Assembly (NCBI GenBank): GCA_003250975.1
Contig: QKIY01000028.1
Location: 195,248-259,247 of the forward strand
Reading direction: 5' to 3'
From: Gammaproteobacteria bacterium
GTDB taxonomy: Bacteria; Pseudomonadota; Gammaproteobacteria; Eutrophobiales; Eutrophobiaceae
Length of the DNA: 64,000 bases
The notes beneath the pieces were generated by a model, which was given only the letters and a program-made list of their open reading frames with translations, searched no databases and was not told where the DNA came from. This document shows, one piece after another, positions 58,450-64,000 of this stretch. Within the stretch, counting starts at the first letter, position 1. Every line of letters begins with the position of its first letter. Made by a program: the position numbers and the translations under genes.

Positions 58450-59184
58450 TCAGAGAATTTCTTCAAGGAATGCCAGAAAGCGTTTCCACGATGCCTTGTC
58501 GGCGTCCTCGCGGTAGCGGTCCGAACCATACACGGTAAAGGCATGAGGGGCGCCCGCATAGGTGATCATCTCGTGTGCAACACCGTACTGTTCCAGTTCG
58601 GACTTTAGTTCATTAAAGTCATCCATGGTCACGGCCGTGTCGGCCTCGCCGTGAAAAACCAGCACCTTTCCGCTGGTACGGCTGTAGTCCTGTCCTTCCG
58701 GTGTCTTGAGGCCGCCGTGAAAGGTCACAAAACCCTTCATGGGTGCGCCGGAACGCGCCAGTTCTAGTACGGCGGCGCCACCGAAACAGTAGCCCATCGC
58801 AACGGCATTACCGATATTTGCGCCCCTGCTTATAGCGGCATCGATCGCCCCGATCATGAGTGCACGCATTTTATTCCGGTTTTTATACAGCTCGCCGGTA
58901 TGCAGTCGCTTGTCCCTATCCTCAGTGGGCCGTACACCCTTGCCGTACAGGTCCGCCGCAAATACGGCATAGCCTTTTTCCGCCAGCATGTCTGCACGCT
59001 TGATCTCGTAATCCGTCAGTCCGTCCCAGTCATGCAGTAACAGGATAAAGGGTGCGCCGGGTGACGGATTGTTGTAATAACCTTCATAGGTCACGCCGTT
59101 AACTTTATATAATACGGTTTCCCCTGCTGCATGCACGGAGGAGGTGATGGTCAGGAAAATCAAGGATAAGAATATTGATCTCAT
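58450..59184 (-). CDS. dienelactone hydrolase family protein (secreted)
   Basis: Signal peptide; GYCFGG nucleophile elbow with Cys; Asp and His triad downstream. Confidence 0.8.
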   Translation of the reverse strand: MRSIFLSLIFLTITSSVHAAGETVLYKVNGVTYEGYYNNPSPGAPFILLLHDWDGLTDYEIKRADMLAEKGYAVFAADLYGKGVRPTEDRDKRLHTGELYKNRNKMRALMIGAIDAAISRGANIGNAVAMGYCFGGAAVLELARSGAPMKGFVTFHGGLKTPEGQDYSRTSGKVLVFHGEADTAVTMDDFNELKSELEQYGVAHEMITYAGAPHAFTVYGSDRYREDADKASWKRFLAFLEEIL

Positions 59185-59293
59185 GATGTGCTCCCTATTT
59201 TTCCGGTTTTTTCAATATGAAAGTTGATGATTTGATTAGTTTCAACTCCCGCTATTCTGAAGATGTCGCCATCGACTGCTTCAAGCAGAGTTA

Positions 59294-60433
59294 TTAAAAA
59301 TCGTAAGAGACCCCAAACATAATACGATAATCGTCTTTTTCGGGGATCGTGCCATCATCGGCTTCAGTGGGGTTATTGATGTGGTCCCAAATGAATGAAA
59401 TGTCTAGGTCAAAGGACTTGATTAGGTCGATTTCAACCGAGGTGACAAGGTGGTGCGTATAGCCACCTGATTCCTGGTTTACCCAGGTTATCTGGTAATT
59501 GAATAGATAATCGATCCAGTTGGTTAGCTCGGTATCAAAATCCGTTCCCAGGACCAGCGCGGGAGTGGTTTCCTTGTCGTCCTCACCCGGCAGTACGCTT
59601 TCAAAACGGGTTTCCTGGTAACCTGGGCCGCCGACAATGCCCCATTCCGTCTTGCTGGTGTCAATAAGGGTATAACCTACGCCGGTACCGATAGTAACTT
59701 TGTAATCGATGTTTTGAAAAGGATCGCGAAAATATTCTCCAAACAGTGGGCGAACGAAAAAGCGGCGTGTAATGAAAATATCGTATGAGCCGGTCACGCG
59801 GTGATTGTTACTGGTCTCGTCTCCCGAGGTTGAAGATATATTTCCGATATAGTCCATGATATATCGTGAAAAGGATGTCTCTCTCTTGATCTTTGTCTTG
59901 GCTGTATAATCTACCTGGTCGGTATTGCCGCTCCTGACATTGAGGCCAAGTGTAAATTTGGCCGTCCAGAAATCTTTCTCTTCTTCTCCACCAGTGATAA
60001 ACGAGACGATAAGTGATCGATCGTATTCCTCGACGCGCCCGTCATTTGTGACGACAATCTTGTCAGGTGTGATTTCAAAATAACCATATACGTTCCCGTT
60101 ACCTTCCAGCTTCGCACTGCCTGGAATGTGCGTCTTGACATAGCTGACATCTTCCCAGTCGATATTCAGTAAACCCAGTTTGTCACTGTCAAATTCAAGC
60201 GACTTGTTGTAAAGGCCCTTAATCTCCCCCTTGAGCCATTCGCCGGAGGTCAGCTGCACCCAGTCATACTTGGTCGCTACGGGCCGTGCGTTCTCCCAGG
60301 CGGCCGCGGCATCAGGGTTTGCTTCATCGGGATCAGAGAGAGTATTGCCCGGAGTGTTCCCGGCATATGCACAGGAAATAAAAAGCAGGCAGATTAGTAA
60401 TAACGATGTATAAAAAAAACGTTCAGACGACAC
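59294..60433 (-). CDS. DUF481-family outer-membrane beta-barrel protein
   Basis: Signal peptide, Y/G/T-rich strands, C-terminal ...VSYDF. Confidence 0.6.
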   Translation of the reverse strand: MSSERFFYTSLLLICLLFISCAYAGNTPGNTLSDPDEANPDAAAAWENARPVATKYDWVQLTSGEWLKGEIKGLYNKSLEFDSDKLGLLNIDWEDVSYVKTHIPGSAKLEGNGNVYGYFEITPDKIVVTNDGRVEEYDRSLIVSFITGGEEEKDFWTAKFTLGLNVRSGNTDQVDYTAKTKIKRETSFSRYIMDYIGNISSTSGDETSNNHRVTGSYDIFITRRFFVRPLFGEYFRDPFQNIDYKVTIGTGVGYTLIDTSKTEWGIVGGPGYQETRFESVLPGEDDKETTPALVLGTDFDTELTNWIDYLFNYQITWVNQESGGYTHHLVTSVEIDLIKSFDLDISFIWDHINNPTEADDGTIPEKDDYRIMFGVSYDF

Positions 60434-60532
60434 GACTATTATTCGAATTATCTGGAGTAGCCCTTATTATGCATCAAGATCGCCTATTATGTCTTCCCCG
60501 CTTAACAGTTAGGTCAGTTAAATCAAACTCTC

Positions 60533-60958
60533 TTATTCAAGGATGAGGGGCTTTTCTCCCGCGCGGCGGCGTAACCAGTCAACCGCGCGGTGTACTGGCC
60601 GTATTCGGATCAGGCACCGCTCCAGGCGGTATTTACCCGGGAAATTTAAAAAGATGATGCCCAGCAGTATGGTTAACAGACCCTGTCCCGGCAATACCAG
60701 CATGGCAACACCGAGTATGACAAATACAAGTCCAACAAGATTTTTTATCACCAGCAGTATCCAGCGAGTCAGCGGGTGCCGGCCGGACCAGGGGGTGGGA
60801 TGCCGTTTTTCCTCCGCGAAATAGTCGACAGGAATACGTACTACCAGCAAGGGAATGACCAGTAACGAGACACAGAACGTTACCACAGAGATAACACCCA
60901 GGGTCCACAAAAGCGGCTCGTTACTGCCGACTGATTTTAGAAAATCGATGAGAGGCAA
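60533..60958 (-). CDS. small membrane protein, PGPGW-like
   Basis: Three to four TM helices, LVLPGQG motif resembling the PGPGW family; 141 aa. Confidence 0.45.
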   Translation of the reverse strand: MPLIDFLKSVGSNEPLLWTLGVISVVTFCVSLLVIPLLVVRIPVDYFAEEKRHPTPWSGRHPLTRWILLVIKNLVGLVFVILGVAMLVLPGQGLLTILLGIIFLNFPGKYRLERCLIRIRPVHRAVDWLRRRAGEKPLILE

Positions 60959-61110
60959 GAATGCTCCTTCAATGTTCTCAGGTTATGAAGATATGATTAT
61001 GAATTCCAAAATTGGTTTCGTTTTGCCTGGTGGTCATGGCAATTTGTTTATTATCTGTTATCCACTACACTAATTATAAGGTGATCAACTCTAAATAACG
61101 CTTAAATACC

Positions 61111-62898
61111 ATGGACCCCTCGGTATCTATTTCCCCGGCTGAAGAAAAGCTTGGCTTCAATTATGTCCTCGACATGTTGCACAAGGACGGCATTATATCC
61201 AATCAGCAGTATGCGCAGGTAAAAAAACTTATCCCCACACCAGACGAAACTGTCCACCCGCTTGTGCTGATCGCCGACCAGGGGTTGAAGAGCGACACGA
61301 AGCCAGCCTATCCCCTTACACTGGAAAAACTGACCAGTTGGCTGGCGGAAAAGACAGGTTCTCCCTATCTGCGTATAGATCCCCTGAAAATCGATGTTAA
61401 CAACGTTACAAGGGCCATTCCGCAGGCCTACGCAAGCAAGCTTCATATATTGCCTGTCGAAGTGAATGCCAGAGAACTGGTGGTTGCTACCTGTGAGCCA
61501 TTTATCAGCGGCTGGGAAAACGAGCTTTCCAGAAGCACCAAGCTCCATATCAAACGTGTTATTGCAAACCCTAAAGATATCGAACGTTACCTCGTCGAAT
61601 TCTACGGTATCAGCCGCTCCATATTCGGTGCTGTCAAGAGCAAGGCCGCCGACGCCATATCGAAGATACAGAATTTTGAACAGCTGGTGGAAGTGGGCAA
61701 GGCGGGCGAACCTGATGCCAATGATCAGCATATCGTCAGTATCGTAGACTGGTTGTTGCAATATGCTTTTGAACAGCGCGCTAGTGATATCCATCTTGAG
61801 CCGCGGCGTGATAAGGGCAAGGTCAGGTTTCGTATAGATGGCAAGATGCAACAGGTACACGAGTTCCCCATGATCATCATGGGTGCTATCGCAAGCAGGC
61901 TTAAATCCCTGGGCCGGATGGATGTTACTGACAAGCGCAGGCCACAGGATGGCAGGATTAAGACAAAAACACCCGCGGGCACAGAGGTGGAAATGCGCCT
62001 TTCAACCATGCCGACCGCGTTTGGTGAGAAACTGGTGATCAGGATTTTCAATCCTGAGATGTTGTTCAAGGATTTTACGGCACTAGGTTTTACCCGGCAC
62101 GACTTGATGTGCTGGAAGGAAATGACCGGTCACCCACACGGCATCATCCTGGTGACCGGACCCACGGGCTCAGGGAAAACTACCACGCTTTATTCCGCAT
62201 TGAAGGACCTGTCACGGCCGGAGTTGAATATCTGTTCTATTGAGGACCCGATCGAGATGGTAGACCCGGAGTTCAACCAGATGCAGGTACAGAACAAGAT
62301 CGGAGTGGACTTTGCCTCGGGCGTCAGGACACTGCTAAGGCAGGACCCGGACATCATCATGGTTGGGGAGATTCGTGATTACGAAACCGCGGAGATCGCC
62401 ATACAGGCAGCATTAACAGGGCACCTGGTATTGTCCAGCCTGCACACGAACGATGCGCCCTCTTCCATTACACGTCTCGTCGATATCGGGGCACAGCCCT
62501 TCCTGATAAGTGCGACCTTACTTGGGGTAATGGCACAACGGTTGGTGCGAACGTTATGCCCGCATTGCAAGCAACATGAAACACTGGATAAAGCCTTGTG
62601 GGACAAGCTGGTTTCACCGGCTAAAGTAAAGTTGCCCGAAAAAACCTGCAAGCCGGTCGGTTGCGATGAATGCAGGCACACCGGCTATTACGGGCGTATC
62701 GGGATATTTGAAGCGCTTCCAGTCGGCAAGACCCTGAGGCAACTGATCACCGCGAATGCGGACATCGAGACCATACGCGCTACTGCCGTCAAGCAGGGTA
62801 TGTGGTCCTTGCGCCTGAGCGGGGCCCAGAAGGTGGCCGAAGGGCTCACGACACTGGAGGAGATCTATTCCGTTATTCCCCCGGACGACGCTGGTTAA
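61111..62898 (+). CDS. GspE/PilB-family secretion ATPase with N-terminal extension (orphan)
   Basis: T2SSE_N-like domain (ILPVEVNARELVVATCEPF), Walker A GPTGSGKTT, Asp box, Walker B, His box, tetracysteine zinc motif CPHC...CDEC; 595 aa. Confidence 0.85.
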   Translation: MDPSVSISPAEEKLGFNYVLDMLHKDGIISNQQYAQVKKLIPTPDETVHPLVLIADQGLKSDTKPAYPLTLEKLTSWLAEKTGSPYLRIDPLKIDVNNVTRAIPQAYASKLHILPVEVNARELVVATCEPFISGWENELSRSTKLHIKRVIANPKDIERYLVEFYGISRSIFGAVKSKAADAISKIQNFEQLVEVGKAGEPDANDQHIVSIVDWLLQYAFEQRASDIHLEPRRDKGKVRFRIDGKMQQVHEFPMIIMGAIASRLKSLGRMDVTDKRRPQDGRIKTKTPAGTEVEMRLSTMPTAFGEKLVIRIFNPEMLFKDFTALGFTRHDLMCWKEMTGHPHGIILVTGPTGSGKTTTLYSALKDLSRPELNICSIEDPIEMVDPEFNQMQVQNKIGVDFASGVRTLLRQDPDIIMVGEIRDYETAEIAIQAALTGHLVLSSLHTNDAPSSITRLVDIGAQPFLISATLLGVMAQRLVRTLCPHCKQHETLDKALWDKLVSPAKVKLPEKTCKPVGCDECRHTGYYGRIGIFEALPVGKTLRQLITANADIETIRATAVKQGMWSLRLSGAQKVAEGLTTLEEIYSVIPPDDAG

Positions 62899-62901
62899 TA
62901 G

Positions 62902-63588
62902 ATGGATTTTCAGGACTACACTGGGTATTGGCAGCTCCAGGCGCTGATTGTTCTGCTGAAACTCAGCCTGCTGGTCGGTGCCGTGCTGTCATTTGTCGGG
63001 GGCGACCTCCAGGCCGGCGTCATCACGCTCGGGATATTCTTTATCACCTTTCTCCCGATACTCCTGGGCAGCCGTTTCGAGGTCAAGATCCCCCCCGTGT
63101 TCGAAGTCCTCTCGGTGATCTTTATCTACGCCTCGTTATTTCTTGGCGAAGTGCACGGGTACTATGTCCGCTTCTGGTGGTGGGACCTGGTGCTGCATGC
63201 CAGTTCCGGGTTCCTGACGGGGATCCTGGGGTTCCTGCTGGTCTACGTGCTGAATGAAAAGGAGGAATTCGAGCTGGACCTGAACGCGGGATTCGTGGCG
63301 TTGTTCGCCTTTGCCTTCGCCATCGCCTTCGGCACATTCTGGGAGATCTTTGAATACATGATGGACAGCGCCTTCGGGGCTAACATGCAGAGAAGCGGCC
63401 TGGTGGACACCATGTGGGACCTCATCGTGAACAGCATCGGGGCGCTGGTGATTTCCATTCTGGGCTGGTGGTATCTGCGGGAGGAAGGGATCAATTCATT
63501 TCTTGAACGATGGATCCATGAGTTTATCCGGAAGAACCCCCGGTTTTTTCATCACAAGCGAAAGAAGGTGTACTGGGGTGATGACTGA
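62902..63588 (+). CDS. unknown polytopic membrane protein, coupled to the GspE-like ATPase
   Basis: Start 4 nt after the ATPase stop; ~5 TM helices; W/F-rich; basic C-terminus. Confidence 0.6.
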   Translation: MDFQDYTGYWQLQALIVLLKLSLLVGAVLSFVGGDLQAGVITLGIFFITFLPILLGSRFEVKIPPVFEVLSVIFIYASLFLGEVHGYYVRFWWWDLVLHASSGFLTGILGFLLVYVLNEKEEFELDLNAGFVALFAFAFAIAFGTFWEIFEYMMDSAFGANMQRSGLVDTMWDLIVNSIGALVISILGWWYLREEGINSFLERWIHEFIRKNPRFFHHKRKKVYWGDD

Positions 63589-63704
63589 CAGGTAAGATTA
63601 CTTTTTTGCTTTATTAATAACCGGTGTAAAAAAATAATAATCGACGCTGACCCTGATAATTTTAGCCCCTGCCGTGTAATCAATGATTTCTATATACTGC
63701 TTCC

Positions 63705-64000
63705 ATGCTTGAACAAATCCTGATCTTTCTCGCAGCTGCCGTCCTGGTAGTGCCGCTGTTCAAGCGATTCGGCTTTGGCACCGTGCTTGGTTACCTGACA
63801 GCCGGCATCCTGATCGGCCCCTGGGTCCTGCGCCTTGTTACGGATGTCGATACCATCCTGAATTTTTCCGAGTTCGGTGTTGTATTGTTGCTGTTTATCA
63901 TCGGCCTCGAGTTGCAGCCCTCGCGCCTGTGGGTCCTGCGCCGATCCGTGTTCGGACTTGGCAGCGCCCAGGTCATCATCTCGACCATTGTCATTGCCCT
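63705..64000 (+). CDS. CPA2 family K+/H+ antiporter (KefB/KefC-like), N-terminal part; continues past window end
   Basis: [40 protein letters not shown] matches the Kef N-terminus. Confidence 0.8.
   Translation, partial: MLEQILIFLAAAVLVVPLFKRFGFGTVLGYLTAGILIGPWVLRLVTDVDTILNFSEFGVVLLLFIIGLELQPSRLWVLRRSVFGLGSAQVIISTIVIA

Noticed and set aside
60959-61110. TTATCCACT DnaA-box-like 9-mer in the PGPGW/GspE divergent spacer
   Set aside because: It is a single 8/9 match far from dnaA, and expected by chance in 64 kb.
61102-61860. 252-aa minus-strand ORF overlapping the 5' third of the GspE-like gene
   Set aside because: The + strand frame continues into unmistakable Walker A/B and zinc-finger motifs; the minus ORF has no recognisable motifs.

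Overview
The window looks like a roughly 50% GC chromosomal segment from a Gram-negative (gamma/beta-proteobacterial type) genome that spans the replication-origin neighbourhood: mnmE-yidC-yidD-rnpA-rpmH (minus strand) then dnaA-dnaN-recF-gyrB (plus strand). Upstream is a conserved envelope/sigma54 block (yrbG-kdsD-kdsC-lptC-lptA-lptB-rpoN-hpf-ptsN-hprK-rapZ-EIIA(Man)-HPr-EI), followed by mgtE, polA, hisAFIE, tatABC, ilvE and an LPS-core-like glycosyltransferase set. Immediately downstream of gyrB, behind two perfect FNR-type boxes (TTGAT-N4-ATCAA), is a four-gene porin-cytochrome module. It comprises a NapC/NirT tetrahaem quinol dehydrogenase, an atypical periplasmic cytochrome, a decahaem MtrA/MtoA/PioA-like cytochrome with ten CxxCH motifs, and a 755-aa MtrB/MtoB/PioB-like outer-membrane barrel. 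This candidate extracellular electron transfer/uptake conduit is the most interesting system in the window. Further downstream are comF, bioBFHCD, a complete aa3-type cytochrome oxidase structural and assembly supercluster, a low-GC LPS-modification islet carrying an FkbM methyltransferase, and an orphan GspE/PilB-family ATPase translationally coupled to an unknown membrane protein. I recognised no tRNA or rRNA genes, CRISPR arrays, transposases or integrases. Many long antisense ORFs in the track are shadows of the real genes.
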